Source of the DNA: Mytilus trossulus
Lineage: Eukaryota
NCBI RefSeq assembly: GCF_036588685.1
Contig: NC_086375.1
Span: forward strand, 15,934,001-15,998,000
Direction of reading: 5' to 3'
DNA length: 64,000 nt
Position numbers and translations under genes: made by a program. A model generated the notes under the pieces. It was not told where the DNA came from, ran no database searches, and worked only from the letters and a program-made list of their open reading frames with translations. Below, one piece after another: positions 38,124 to 51,426 of this stretch. Position 1 is the first letter of the stretch, and every line of letters starts with the position of its first letter.

Positions 38124-40150
38124 TTTTTATACAACCACAGAAATTTTTGCAGTTGAAATACATGTAGGTATCCTGTCGTCGTCTTCCCAAGACGGATGGT
38201 TTCCAGATAATAACTTCAGTATAAGTAAAAAGGAAGCCATTGAATTATAACATAATATTTATAATCATAAAAGGAAGCTTGGGATTGTTTTGGGGCGGTT
38301 ATATATATATAGTCCTTAAGGTTTATGAATAAGGGTTCTAAAGGTGCCCAAAACAAGCATTAATCTTGTGTCAGTACAAAAAGTTGTGTATAAGTATTTC
38401 AATTGTTCTGAAACTGTACCATAATATTTAATACCATAAGTAGAAGTTTGGGGTCTATTTTGTGGGTTATGGGACAAACAGTCAAGGAATTGAGGGCCAA
38501 AAAGAAACATTTTTGTAGATTCAAGACAATAAATTGGAGTTATCTTTCTTTGTCCAGAATGGTTGTTGAATTAATATTACCTAAAACCATTGCTTTATGA
38601 AATCTTCTTTGAAAATTGGAGTTATCTTTCTCTGTCCAGAATAGTAGTTGAATCGACTTAAAATAATGCTATATATACAATATACAATGCAAAATTCACT
38701 TTACTACCAACTGATAAATTTAAGCAGGCTTTAATAGCCATTCAGTGATTACAAGCACTTTGATTATCATTCTAGGGTTATCCCCTTTCACAAATGGAAA
38801 AATTTCTCAAGTTTGTCTCAACTAAATTTAGTGAAATGTGTATACAATGCTTATTACCGGTACCTCTAAACTTGGTTTAAGTTCAATTTTTAGCAGCTTC
38901 ACTTTTACTGTTCTTGATTTATGTACCTTTATACATTATATGCTAGCGGAGGCATCATCACCATGACTGTATGACATTTACACTTTAATACTTTATGATG
39001 TATTAAAATGAGTAGTTGAATAATTACTGTTGCAAACTCCATTAAAAATTTGATTTGACATCATTTTTATACAACTGCAAAAGTTGAAAACTTTTTGGTT
39101 GTACATTGGTATCGCGTTGGCATCATCGTCTTCATCCAAAGATATTCGGTTTTCGCACTCTAACTTCAGTAAAAGTAAAATGGAAATATATGAAATTTAG
39201 ACAAAAGATTTATGACCATGAAAGGAAGGGTGGGATTGATTTGGGGTATTTTGGTCTCAACAGTTTAGGAATAAGGGGCCAAATTAGCATTGTTTTTTGG
39301 TTTTTGCTCTATAACTTAAGTATTGGTAAACAGAAATCTATGATATTTTAACATAAGGTCTATGGCCACATAAGGAGGGATGGGATAGATTTTGGTAATT
39401 TTAGTTCTAACAGTGTAGGATTTAGGGGCCAAAAACAGGCCCCAAATAAGCATTTTTCTTGGTTTTTGAACAATAACTTTAGTATAAGTTAATAGAAATC
39501 TATAAAGGTTTATGACCACAAAAGGTAGGTTTGGATTAATTTTGGAGTTTTGGTCCCAAGGAATAAGGGGCCAAAATTAAACTTTGTTTGATTTCATCAA
39601 AAAAATGAATTACGGTATTGTGCTTCTTTGATATGCCAAATCTAACCATGTCCAAATTCTTAATTTTAGGTCCTGTTTTCTAATTGGTCTACATTAAAGT
39701 CCAAAGGGTCCAAAATTAAAATAAGCTTGATTTTATTAAAAATTGAATTCTTGGGGTTCTTTGATATGGTGAGTCTTAACATGTACTTAGATTTTGATAA
39801 TGGGCCCAGTTTTCAAGTTGGTCCAAATCGGGGTCAAAAATTATTATACTAAGTATTGTGCAATAGCAAGAAATTTTCAATTGTGCAGTATTCTGCAATA
39901 GCAAGAAATCTTCAATTGCACAGTATTGTTCAATAGCAAGAAATGTTCAATTGCACAGTATTGCACAATAGCAAGAAATCTCCAATTGCACAGTATTGTG
40001 CAATAGCAAGAAATTTTTAATTGCACAGTATTGCACAATAGCAAGAAATATTCAATTGCACAGGATTGCCCCTTTTTCACATTGGTCTACATTAAGATCC
40101 AAAGGGTCAAAAATTGAACTTTGTTTCATTTCAACAAAAATTGAATTCTT
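38124..40150 (+). mobile_element. Helentron-associated satellite-bearing elements (two related starts, ~38124 and ~39064) with ~155-bp internal repeats
   Basis: Both begin TTTTATACAAC... followed by a CGT/CAT microsatellite and repeated TAACTT.AGTA...ATGACCA...AAGGAAG..TGGGATTG...AGGGGCCAAA units (~39150, ~39305, ~39465). Confidence 0.55.
39852..40068. repeat. 35-bp tandem repeat x6
   Basis: AGTATTGTGCAATAGCAAGAAATCTTCAATTGCAC-like units at 39852, 39887, 39922, 39957, 39992 and 40027. Confidence 0.95.
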
Positions 40151-41289
40151 CGGATTCAAACGCATTGATCTCAGGAATTTCTTCACTGTCGTTCCCTCAA
40201 TAACTGCATTAAACAGTTTCTAATCATTATTCATTCGAAACCATTTTATTATACCAATGTCTCACACACAACATAATATAGTATACTGTTGTCTATCAGT
40301 CCATCATCCACACTTCAGAAAATAACTAAAAAACACTTCCCCCTACTTTCAAGAACATTTGTTGAAATGTTTATATCTATTGACATAAGCTCCACATCGA
40401 TTTTATAAATTTTAGAATTTTCATTTCCATGATATGAAGAGAGATTTTATCCTTAAAAAAGAGACAATTTTCCAATTTTGAACAATAACACAAAAATGCA
40501 TCCATCACCTTTAATTAAACTTTGGTGAATTGTTTACACTATTGACCTTAGGTCCCTTTTGATTGTAATAAATTTCAGATTATGCATTTCTGTGTTATGA
40601 ATTTTTATATATGCTAAAAAAAAGAAGGGATTTTATAGTTTTTGGACACCTATAAGTGCAGGAGTTTCTGGATACATTGAAAACCCATTGGAGGCCTTCA
40701 GCTGTTGTCTACTCTATGGTTGGGTTGTTGTCACTTTGACACTTTCCTCATTTCCCATCTCAATTATTCACATAAACAATTCCACATCATTTTATAAAAC
40801 TTTTTCTATGTCTGTTGACTTCAGCTACATTTCAAAATTTAAAACAAGATTAACAACTACAGGTCCCCAAATAGCCTTCAACTATGACAAAAGCTCATAC
40901 AGCACAGTCAGCTATAAAAGACCTTAAAATGACAAATATAAAACAAATGAAATGAGAAAACAAATAGACTAATAATTGTACAAAACAAAATAGTTCAACC
41001 TTTGAGCAAGCTTAAAAGGAATCAAGACATATCATGCGCTTACAGTGCAGCTATTTATTAACAAACTCCATATTCAAACACTCAAACAACTAATCCACAG
41101 AGAGGGGTGGAAGTTGAAGCCCCCTTTTATCAGTCAATGCATTTGAAGGAAGACATGTACACATCAACTCAATTTGTTAATACACATTTCCAGTCTAGCT
41201 TTCTATACATTTGTAACGACCTTTAACCCCACTGACAATTTGCGTCTGTGTCCATACTTGTTTAAAGTTGAGAAAAAAAATGTTTGTCC

Positions 41290-41532
41290 AACAAATCTAC
41301 AAAGGTGTCTTTTACGTGCAAGAGATATGCATAATGGCTCTCTTTTAACACGGATCAGCCATTTATTGTCCCCTTACGACGGACTATCATCGTTTCCTCA
41401 AAATCATACTCGCAATTGGTATCAAGGGAGAGCCTAAAATTCAGTCCCTGAAATTTAAATCCTTGAACGGAAATCGAACCAGGAACATTTGTGTTGGTAT
41501 TCCGATGCACTAATCACTACACCACGTCTCTG
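41290..41532 (-). mobile_element. tRNA-derived SINE (possibly Deu/Nin-type body)
   Basis: The - strand has A box TGGTGTAGTGATT and B box GGTTCGATTTCC in a tRNA-like head (41530-41461). The body contains TCCGTCGTAAGGGGAC and GCACGTAAAAGAC. Confidence 0.7.
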
Positions 41533-42135
41533 GTTATTTTTGTCGTTGGGTTTATGTCTTAATACACACCCTCATCTCTTTTTATTCATACTGTACATGT
41601 AAATTTATACTTTATTATCTCCGTTGAATACACATATATGTTTTCGAAGTACTTTGGTTTTCAATTATCTATAACAAGACAGATAATTAACAACAAAATT
41701 GAAGCCTACACAGCAAACGCTTTTTTCGTGTGTTTATGTCAGTAGACCGTAGAAAGGGGCCCGCTCTTTTTTCTTTTTTTTATGCGTACATGTATAATTC
41801 AAATCGATGACGGGTTTTCAAGTCCAGCAAAGTAGACCTCGGAGAATATCTTTTAATCAATGACGGACGGCACAGAAACTTTGTATTCCCCATTTATGGG
41901 CATTATGTTTTCTGGTCTGTGCCTCCATGCGTCCGTACGTTCTCTCGTCTGTCCCGGTTCAGGTTAAAGTTTTTAAGTTAGAGTTTATGCCAGAAATATT
42001 CAACTGGAACTTTAAAAGCTGTGTATGTAGGCAATTTATCTACCCGTCAAACTTGTGAAGCATTACGTTGCGGTTTGTTTGAAAGTAAGGATTGGTAGTA
42101 ATGCTCAAATGTCTTGATCCGATACGCTTTTGATA

Positions 42136-45100
42136 ATGTCTGGACCACCAAAAAGAAACGTGAACATTATACGGTGCCGATAACAATAAAGCGACGTCAT
42201 TGATACACCAATGACAACACGTTATCGAAGATTCATCGTTGATACATAGAGGCTGGATATTTTGTAAGAAGTCGAAAGATCTAATCGATTAAAGATTTAA
42301 AGAGTGATAGAAAAGTTTGGTGAGTAGTTTGGCTTCTCATTTTCTTCCTATGTCATAGTCATTTAAGGGGAAATGTCTGAAAAGTGAATTTAATACGTTA
42401 ATTCAATGAAAGTAACACTCGTCTGAACAAGACCAAATGGTATTATAATTTTAAATTCAGATAAACATAATTTGTCAGTTTCCATCTAAGAACGACAATG
42501 TTTCATTAAGAAAGGCTATAACAATGGAAATGGGAGAATTGAAAATGAAAAATATATATTCATTTTACCTTCTTCTTGCAATATACTAGTAGCACCACAA
42601 TTATTTAAACATACTTGGCTTTCAAATTTTGAGTTAAGAGCGTTTCGGACGCATCACATTTATAAAGTGTTCAACAGCGCTATATTTCATAACATACGTT
42701 TAAAAATGTTGGTTGATAAACATTCTTTGATTAAAGATTTGTTTGGATTAATTCTTTGTCAGCAATGACGGGAAACAGCGGCTTTCAACAATGAGAAAAT
42801 TGAGAAAAGCATATAAATTCTTTTTTTGATAATTTGTGTACGTTTATGATTAAGAACATTTTTCATAAATGAATTATTATATCATATTCTTTTTTTTTTA
42901 ATTGGTAGGAGAGAATACAGGTTTTCTATGAGAAGCTATCATGCTGTGTGATTCAAAGATTATAACTGGTTGGGAAGGATGGACAGGTTTCGGGGTAAAC
43001 AAGAAAACAACAGCTAACATTGAAGACCTAACAACCATAGCAGGTAATTATCTACAATTATAGAACTCAAGGAATTCAGACTTCGGAACTTTTTAGTTTT
43101 AACTTAAAGAAAAATACGAAGCAAAACTCAACTGGTATAATAGAAATAACTGACAAACTTACGAATTTGAAAACGTTAAGGAAGTACTAAGTCAGATGTT
43201 CATGACTCCTTGGCTTCCCCCCCTACGGTACAGGGTAAATTATTTGGCCCAATAACACCAACTATTTTTTTTTCTTTTCATATAAGACTTCATTAAGTCA
43301 AAAAAAGACTGTAAGTAATTTCCAAAATTTTAGATTCAGGATTTCTTTTCTTTCCATTTAAAACTCAAATAAACAAATGCGAATATAATGTAAAAGTCCG
43401 AGGCAGCCTTTTTCCCTACAATTTCTAAAAAAAATTGAAAAGGAGCTCCATATCCTATCAATATCTTTGAGCTGATTTTGTTCCTTAACAAATGATCTTC
43501 TGACTATTAGTTTCAAATCTAAATACAACATTTTTTTAAAGTTTCACCCATGGATGCAAGAACATCTTTAATATCTGCCAATTAACTTTAAAAATTCTAG
43601 AAATGTCTTCCATTTGCATGCATATAATAGTGACTTAATCTGTCAAAATAAAGAAATGACCATTCGGATACTCACATGCAAGACGGCACTCATATTATAA
43701 AACTCGCAGCTTGTTGTAGATGTTAAACTAATGTGTCAAAAACTAGTACTAGATGCTACAACACTACAACTGACTTTGCTTGATATTTTCGAAGGTACAG
43801 CGTCAGCGTCTGGTGGGAACCAAGCAGATTGCGTAGTAATCAGAAACTCTGTGGGGAACATCATCGGATACATTAAGAAGGTACATTGGACATCAAAAGA
43901 CAATGCTGACGTTTTGTTTAACTTGATATATATATATACTATATGTCTTTATTATATATCTCGCTTTCTGATTGTGTAGTGACTATCTATAATACTTGTC
44001 TTTAGAACACATCTGGCTTTCTATTTTTTTAGTGGTTTTCTCAAGTATCTGTCGTTTCTGTAATATCGCTCGCTAATTTCTTTATTCGATTCTTTTAATT
44101 TATTCTAAAGACCCGATTACTTTCTTTTACAATTTTATCAAAGTTCAACTATAAGATATAGAATGTTGGCTACTACGTACAAGTATCATTACACTGAATT
44201 TCTAGTATAGTATAGAAAGTCGCTGAATAACACGAGGATTCTGTCCCTTATCTATTTTCCCTACAATCGTTATCTGGTTTGTGAGTGTGTTTTTTTTTTT
44301 TACATATTACTGACCATAGTTGCATCTTAATTTAGACACTTGTCAAAATAAAGAACGAACTAGCTTTTATGTGACCGAGCTTTTCAAACAATACATTAAA
44401 ATAAACTTTTAGAATGAGATCAATCATGAGTTTGACACCGAGAAGACAGAAGAACAGAGGAAAAGAGATAAAATGGAGAAAGCAATGGATAGAGAAACAG
44501 AAAAAAACGAAAATAAGCTTGTCAGAGGATTTGAGAAAGTTGTTGCTGGAAAGATGAAGCAACATGCCAAAGACATACAAAAGAGAATCGCAGAACTGAA
44601 AAAGGAACTCAAAGAACACGAAAAGAAACTAGAATTAGATATCAGTAAACGACAGAGAAAACTAGAGATTGATATCAAAGAGAGCAAACAATTCGAGAAA
44701 GGTAAATGGGGAAAAAGTTACTTCAGAACATACAATTTTTAAAAGAATACGGTCATGAAATGTCTGTATCAAATCAGAAAAATTACAGTTCTGTTCCTTT
44801 TGTTTGATGAGTTTGAGCTTTTTGATTTAGCCATTTGATAAGAGAATTTCAGTTTGAATTTTCGTTGAAGTTCGGTATTTTTGTTATTTTATTTTTATTG
44901 TCATACTATGTGTTTTGCAAAACTTGTCAAATGTCAACTTTTCTTAAGCTGGACAGACTATGATATGGATGGCTTTGGATTATTATGAACCCTCCAGCTA
45001 GAATTGTGACGGATGGAAATCAGACTTCGTTCTTACCAACTTCGTTATATCTGTTTGCTAATGTTTCGCCTAATCATTTGATTATATAGCTCAACAATTT

Positions 45101-45232
45101 TATACGGAGACATTTTGTTTTAGATGTTTTGACCATCTAGAAACACGTGTATAATGCAAAATGACTAGTCTGAGCTATTTTCACATTTTAGAATTGAAGA
45201 AAAGAGAAACAAAGAAAGATGGACTTCAACAA
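42136..45232 (+). pseudogene. Decayed multi-exon gene for an unknown coiled-coil protein
   Basis: Phase-compatible GT-AG exons: 42136-42319 (several stops), 42909-43043 (in-frame TGA at 42929), 43720-43880, 44413-44701 (E/K-rich coiled coil) and 45192-45232. No terminal exon was found and TE remnants follow. Confidence 0.55.
43194..43567. mobile_element. Short TIR element (possibly Kolobok-type)
   Basis: AGATGTTCATGACTCCTTGG and CCATGGATGCAAGAACATCT are imperfect inverted termini. TTAA adjoins the right end. Confidence 0.4.
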
Positions 45233-46269
45233 GTAAGTAATAAGAAATAAAATTCATAAGCAAATCAAATTAAAGGTTGGGTCCTTTTTCCACCTTCTCC
45301 AATTTATTAGAAGGAATGTCGAAAAGTTATCATTCAGTGACCTCATTTGTTGTTATCACTGCCCAAGACCAAACGGTTATACCGTCCACCTTTTTAATTA
45401 ATTGGAAGGAATGTCGTAAAGTTATCATGCAGCGAACTATTTTTTTCTCACAGCAGCTTTTTGTGCACATGCTATTTACCATTTTTGTAAAGTTTGAGAA
45501 AGATTGGAGCATTTTAAAAATTTTGAAAATTTTCACATTTTACCCGTTTCCATGGCAACGGAAGCCATCTTGACCATTCCAAAGTGAGAGGGACAACTTC
45601 ACATGGTGGTCAACATTATACCATAGTTCCGTCAATTTTGGTCCTTTCTATTCCAAGAAGTGCTCCGGACAAAAATAGTGGAAGAAAAATAATAATAAAA
45701 AAAAAAGAAAAAAAAGAAACGTAGAATAACAATATGTCACCCCAACTCCGTTGAGGGTGCCATAATTATAATGACATTATTTGTAAGTAAAGGTTATTTT
45801 CATTAATAAGAAAAAAAAATTATCTTCTTCTGTAAAAATGTCTAACATCACCAATAACTTATCCCCTTTTTGTCCATTGCCTTAAAGTCACTGAAGAGTA
45901 TCATCCAAGACCAAAAGTAGAAAATAAGAACTTGACTTTCTCTTTTAACTTTTTCCCTTATTCTCGACCAAGGACCCCTTAAGTTTGTTTTCCTACGGGG
46001 TTAACTTTAACAATTCAAATTAACTTATAAAAGCAAATACATAAAGGTAAATAACTTAAAATTAATTTCGATATCGTGAAAAATGCAACAAAAATTGAAA
46101 AAAAAATTGTAGGTTTCTTAACGTTTTGGAAAGACAAGCTTACAAACTGTTGAATAACATAACACAAATATTTTAGCGACATCTCTCGGAACAAAAGAGT
46201 TGCAGAAGAAATATTAAGATAAGTATACCAACCATCAGCAAATAAAGGTTGATCACATTCATCAAATAG

Positions 46270-47185
46270 AAATTCCAATGGGAACGAATTGTGCCCCTCT
46301 TCTTGTCGACTTGTTTCTTTATTATTATGAAGCTAACTTCATACAGGAACGTCTTAGGAGGAAAGACAAGAAGTTAGAAATATCCTTTAACTCTACTTTC
46401 CGCTATATAGATGATGTTCTTATACTAAATAATTCAAAATTCGGTGGCTGTGTTGAACGCATCTATGCCATTGAACTAGAGATAAAGGATACAACAGATG
46501 CAATTAAGTCGGCCCCATATCTTGACTAACATCTAGAAATTGAGAATGAGGATCGGTTGAAAACAAAACTTTACGACAAAAGAGATTATTTCAGCTTTCC
46601 AATTATGATTTTTCCATTTCTAAGTAGAAACATTCCAGCATCACCTGCATACGCTGCATATCGTGAGTATATATATCCCCCAATTGATACGATATTACCG
46701 TGCTTGCATTTCCTTTCATGATTTACTTGACAGAGGGTTGCTGCTCACAAGGAAGCTATTAAATCAAGAGTTCCGAATGGTAAAGTTGAAATCATCCCTT
46801 CGTAAATTTTACGGACGCCATAACGAGTTGGTGACTGCTATGGAATAACCGTTTCACAAATGATATATATGTTACTTACGTCGTGACTGCAATCCCCTCC
46901 CCTTTTATGAATGTGACCTAATGAATAAGACTAGTTACCGGATTTGTTATCACATAAGCAACACGACGGGTGAAAAATGTGGAGCAGAATCTGCTTACCC
47001 TTCCGGAGCACCTGAGATCATCCCTAGTTTTTTGTGAGGTTCGTGTTGCTTATTCTTCAGTTTTCTATGTTGTGTCATGTGTATTACCGTTTGTTTGTTT
47101 GTCTTTTCATTGTTAGCCATGGCATTGTCAGTTTATTTTCGAAGTATGAGGTTGACTGTCCCTCTGGTATCTTTCGTCCCTCTTT
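46270..47185 (+). mobile_element. Penelope-like retroelement remnant (RT C-terminal half plus 3' region)
   Basis: IPMGTNCAPLLVDLFLY, FRYIDDVL, KTKLYDKRD, FPFLSRNIPASPAY and PQLIRYYRAC are PLE reverse transcriptase motifs. Stops and frameshifts are present. Confidence 0.85.
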
Positions 47186-47241
47186 CTGAAGATCAACACT
47201 TTATTCTTTTTATTATGAATATGTTCACGTAAATTGAATAG

Positions 47242-47717
47242 AACAAGTGAAACTGCGAGCTACTGCTCACTGATGATACCCCCGCCGCAAGTGGATAATA
47301 TAAATAGTGTAAAAATATGCAAGTGTTCGGTAAACAGGAAGTTGTCGAGTGATGAATCTGAAAACGCATCACACGGTATAGCTGACTTATATAAATCCTG
47401 AAACCAAATTTCAGAAATCCTTGTATGGTAGTTCCTGAGAAAAATGTCACGAAAATTTTCAACTTGGCTATCATGTGTAAAATCATACAAGTGTTCGGTT
47501 AACAGGAAGTTGTCAAGTGATCAATCTGAAAACACATCACTTGGTATAGCTAATTTAGATAAACCCTGAAATTAAATATCAGAAATCCTTGTATTGTAGT
47601 TCCTGAGAAAAACGCGACGAAAAATATTCATGGGACGGACGGACGGACTGACGGACTGACGGAAGGACAGACAGAGGTAAAACAGTATACCCCCCTTTTT
47701 TAAAGCGGGGGTATAAA
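47242..47717 (-). mobile_element. Helentron-associated/DINE-like element with two 168-bp repeats
   Basis: AACAAG end, repeats starting 47320 and 47488, GGAC microsatellite at ~47632-47670, and terminal hairpin TATACCCCC...GGGGGTATA. Confidence 0.75.
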
Positions 47718-48202
47718 TAGGGTACATGTTAGTGTTGTCAAATCGTACACTTTTGCCTAATCGGTTACTCGGATAATCGTTGGACCGATTAACCGGTTAA
47801 CCGGTAGATTAAGTTGATGTTTGAAGGCATTTTTAGACCTTTTCAACATCTCTCGACACCTACAGTTGAGAACGACCACGACAGGCAAAATGTGAAGGTC
47901 GTCTCAAAAGAAAATGAGATCATTATTGATTTTATTGCTTTCATTGACAATGCCAAAACTTTCCTACAGAGTCCAAATGTTGTTGTTTTTATTTATTATA
48001 AAAAAAAATGATGAACTTTCAGTCACATTTCATCTTTTAGATGTATAAATTCTAGCTGTCTTGGTTGAATTTGTAAAATGAAAGGAACAAATCATGTTCT
48101 ATTGTAGTTGATATTTAATTAAACAATGAGTATATCGGTTGACACGGGCGGCACATGTCTGTTAGTTTTGACCTTGAATGCCTCCATAATGTACTTGAAA
48201 TC

Positions 48203-48330
48203 GGAGTTTAGTATTTTTGTATTTTTGATTTTCCTTTTTTAATTTTCCTCGGAGTATAGTATTTTTGTATTTTTGATTTTCCTTTTTCAATTTTCCTCGG
48301 AGTTTAGTATTTTTGTGTTTTTACTTTTTG
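48203..48330. repeat. ~48-bp tandem repeat x~2.6 of a short dispersed motif
   Basis: GGAGTTTAGTATTTTTGTATTTTTGATTTTCC...TTTTCCTC units. Single related copies lie at ~27870, ~44860 and (inverted) ~57860. Confidence 0.75.
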
Positions 48331-48875
48331 TATCATTTCAATTCACCACTTTGGTTTTCCACTTGAATTCTGTATTCACCAATCACTGCTTAAATGTTGT
48401 AACATTGAAACAAGGGGTCCATTATATTTTTTTCAAAATTCATCAAGGAAAAACTTTAACTCGAACAAGATATCTTGAAGCCGAGAAGACCGTCGTTGAT
48501 TAATAAAAAAGGAAAAAAAAACGATGTGATATTTTCCTTCGACTTAAAAAATCAATTTGTGATTATCTCTCCAGAAATTGAATATGTTCATCGACTAAGG
48601 TGAAGATCGGTTGAAAAACGCAAAGTTAATCGTGTTCACAAGTGTGATACGGACGGACGGTCCAGTATATTCTTTTACATAAATTTTGAAAAAAAATCAT
48701 AAAGGCTTTTTAAAAACCAACAAATTAAATCGTTATTGGCATGCGGCAAATATTTGGTGAAAGACGCACATAAACACGAAAGTGGGTTAGGCTTCAGAGT
48801 GGTTGGAATATTTGTTTAATCAATTCAACATGAAATGTCCTGCAAAAACATACGAAATAAGAATATGATATGACA

Positions 48876-49080
48876 GAGACGGATGCGATATTTCCCCTTC
48901 GTGTTTTCGGGGAAATCCAGAAATCGAGATTTTCCGATCTTATCTATTTCCCAATTTCGCGATTTCCCTATTTCTCGATTTCCCGATTTCTCAATTTCTC
49001 GATTTTGCGTTCTCGATTTCCCGAATTCCCAAGCCACGAAAACTCGAAAAGGTGAAATAAATAGCCGCATTCGACACCAT
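48876..49080. mobile_element. MITE-like element with internal CGATTTC(C/T) 8-bp repeats
   Basis: Imperfect inverted ends TGCGATATTTCCCCTTCGTGTTTTCG / CGAAAACTCGAAAAGGTGAAATAAATAGCCGCA enclose the repeat array. Confidence 0.6.
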
Positions 49081-49854
49081 ACATATTTTTATTTATTTCG
49101 TTGATATATATTCTTAAGCTATATAGCCAAAACAGTATAAAACCGCCAATCCAATATGTTACGTAATGATAATCATGATGTTATTTTGTCTTTGAGACGA
49201 CCCATCCATTTTATCTGTAAACTGTAGGTGTCATTAGTCGGTGTCGACAGATGTCGAAAAGGTCTATTAATAAAAGTATCCTACACATAGATATAAGAAG
49301 ATGTGGTATGAGTGTCAATGTGACTACATACATTCACGTTTTTATTATAAGATGATTTGAAGTAAGTCCTTTGGTATTATGTAAAGGATTGTTTGTGAAG
49401 ATTCTTGTCGAAGTTTGACTTTTAAGATTGAAAAAATAAAAAAAAATAAATCTTGATCACGTAGAAATAAATATGTCTGAAACCGATGATTTTTTTCATT
49501 TTCTCTAGTTGTCTCCGAAAGTAATGTGGTGTGTTTTAATTTAAATTGATCAATCGTGATACTCGTACCATCGAGTAAGTATACATTGATTACATTCACG
49601 TTGGTTTGCTTTTTACAGTTTTTGAGTTATCATTTCAATAAAAGTATGACAAAGACTTGCACGACGGAGATTGCACATTCAGATTTAGGTCTACACAATT
49701 TTACATCAAAAATGAAATAATGTAGTAAATCTTAAAATTTAATCGTAATACTGATTTAAAATTACTGTTAAAAAACATGTAACTAATTATGTTTCCTTAA
49801 GATATTGCCCACGAGCTGAGAGACAGTTCTAATTAATTTTATATTTTTGGATTT

Positions 49855-51187
49855 TGTGTCTTCCTCCTATTCCCACTTTTTAAAAATACTATTCCTTCTA
49901 TTCCCACTTGCAAATAACAATAGATGTTTTGATAAATAATTTGTTTTTATAACAATCAAGGTCAGTTAGAATTTCACCTAAGATTTACCTGTAGTTTTTT
50001 AAAAAGCATAACATAATTGGTACAATACCTTGTTTATTTGTAATATTTTCCTTTTTCATCAATGAAATACTTAAAAACAGAGAAAAATTATGATAAATAG
50101 ATTGGGGTTAGATTTATTTTAAAAAAAAGATTTTGTACTTAAAAATAAAGAAAAATTGGGATGAAAGATTGGAGTCAGATTTATTTAAAAAAAAAATGTC
50201 TGTTGTACAAATAAATCATGATATAAATAATAACACTATTATAACAGAGTATAAACTTCAGATGTGGAATAAAAGAATTACTCTAAAAATATAATTACTT
50301 GGACCAATAATCAAAGATATAAAATAATGGGTGGAAACAATATTCATCAACTAGTACGCCGTGTCGCTGTACTTCCACGAATACCCTTTGCTGAGGTTGA
50401 GAATTTGTAGTTTAATGCCCTAGCAAACATAGATCAGATTGATACCAACATCAACTACACAGCCTTTAGACTATGTAACAACATACTGGGTTGATCAAAA
50501 CAGTCACCTTTGGGACCACTACTTACATGTAACACAAGGACAAAGGACAACAAAGTCTAGAGGATGGCACAACAACCTGAAGAAAAATCTATTAAATTTC
50601 GGAACTATGAGGAAGCCTTCAACGCCATGACCATGATTTAGTATGCAGCCGATGGGAAGAGAGTGGCCGCCAAAAAGAAGTATGTAGAAATCAACCACAG
50701 ATTAGACGAACTTAAGATTAGACACTGCAACCATGAAGTCACAACAGTAGAATTTGGTGATGCAGCCTCCTACCTTCTTCACGTGGAATAGATTGACAAA
50801 CTTTTTAATAGACTTGTAAACAGTGATTGTCTAAAGTGTGTGCTGCAATGTGTGATTTGATTTAGTGATGTTGTGTAATTTGTGTTACATTATGTTTGCT
50901 TAAATCTACAGTTGAATTTGTGTTATAAAAGTAATTAAATAATTTACTTATATTTATTTTAATTTCTTTTATATTTATTTTGTTTTAAAAAAAAACAGAA
51001 TTCATTCAGATGCAAAAATAACTTTTTACTTCTTGTAACAAAAAAAACACTGGTCAATTAACAGTTGATTAAAAAACGTTTGTACAGTATAATCCTTTGT
51101 TTGCACAAGTTTTCCTCCTATTCCCACATGAAATTGTACCTTTTCTTACCTTATTTTTTAAAAGTGGGAATAGAGGGAATGAACCAT
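49855..51187 (+). mobile_element. MULE (Mutator-like) transposon remnant nested in the hAT-like element
   Basis: 50330-50790 encodes broken IHQLVRRVAVLP.IP..EVE, DYVTTYWVD, LWDHY, RTT...GWHN motifs of a MULE transposase C-terminus. Inverted ends CTATTCCCACTTTT (~49867) and AAAAGTGGGAATAG (~51160). Confidence 0.7.
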
Positions 51188-51426
51188 AGCAATGAATATT
51201 CTGGACAATTGATCCGTCAAATCAATTACCGCGACGACAATTTTAAAAGAAAACAACTATTTAATGATTTCCATACACATATAAATCAAATCTATTAAAT
51301 TAAATTAAATATTAAAATAAAAGTCCGGTTAACTGGTTAGCGTTTTTGGTATTCGGTATTCGGTCGTTCGAACGGTTAACCGTTGACAACACTAGTATAT
51401 ATAAAACAAATGTATGTTTAAAAGAG

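Larger units (their letters stand above)
47730..51394. mobile_element. ~3.7 kb non-autonomous hAT-like TIR element with nested insertions
   Basis: TIRs TAGTGTTGTCAA (47730) and TTGACAACACTA (ending 51394), with subterminal AACCG/CGGTT repeats at both ends. Flanks GTACATGT and GTATATAT match 6/8, a candidate 8-bp TSD. Confidence 0.65.

Noticed and set aside
39852-40068. CRISPR-like 35-bp repeats
   Set aside because: Units are head-to-tail without unique spacers, no cas genes are present, and the context is eukaryotic.
41461-41530. Functional tRNA gene
   Set aside because: A and B boxes are present, but the cloverleaf is poor and runs into a SINE body.
47268-47300. CTGATGA as a hammerhead or C/D box core
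   Set aside because: No stem II plus GAAA follows. It is part of a Helentron-type element end.
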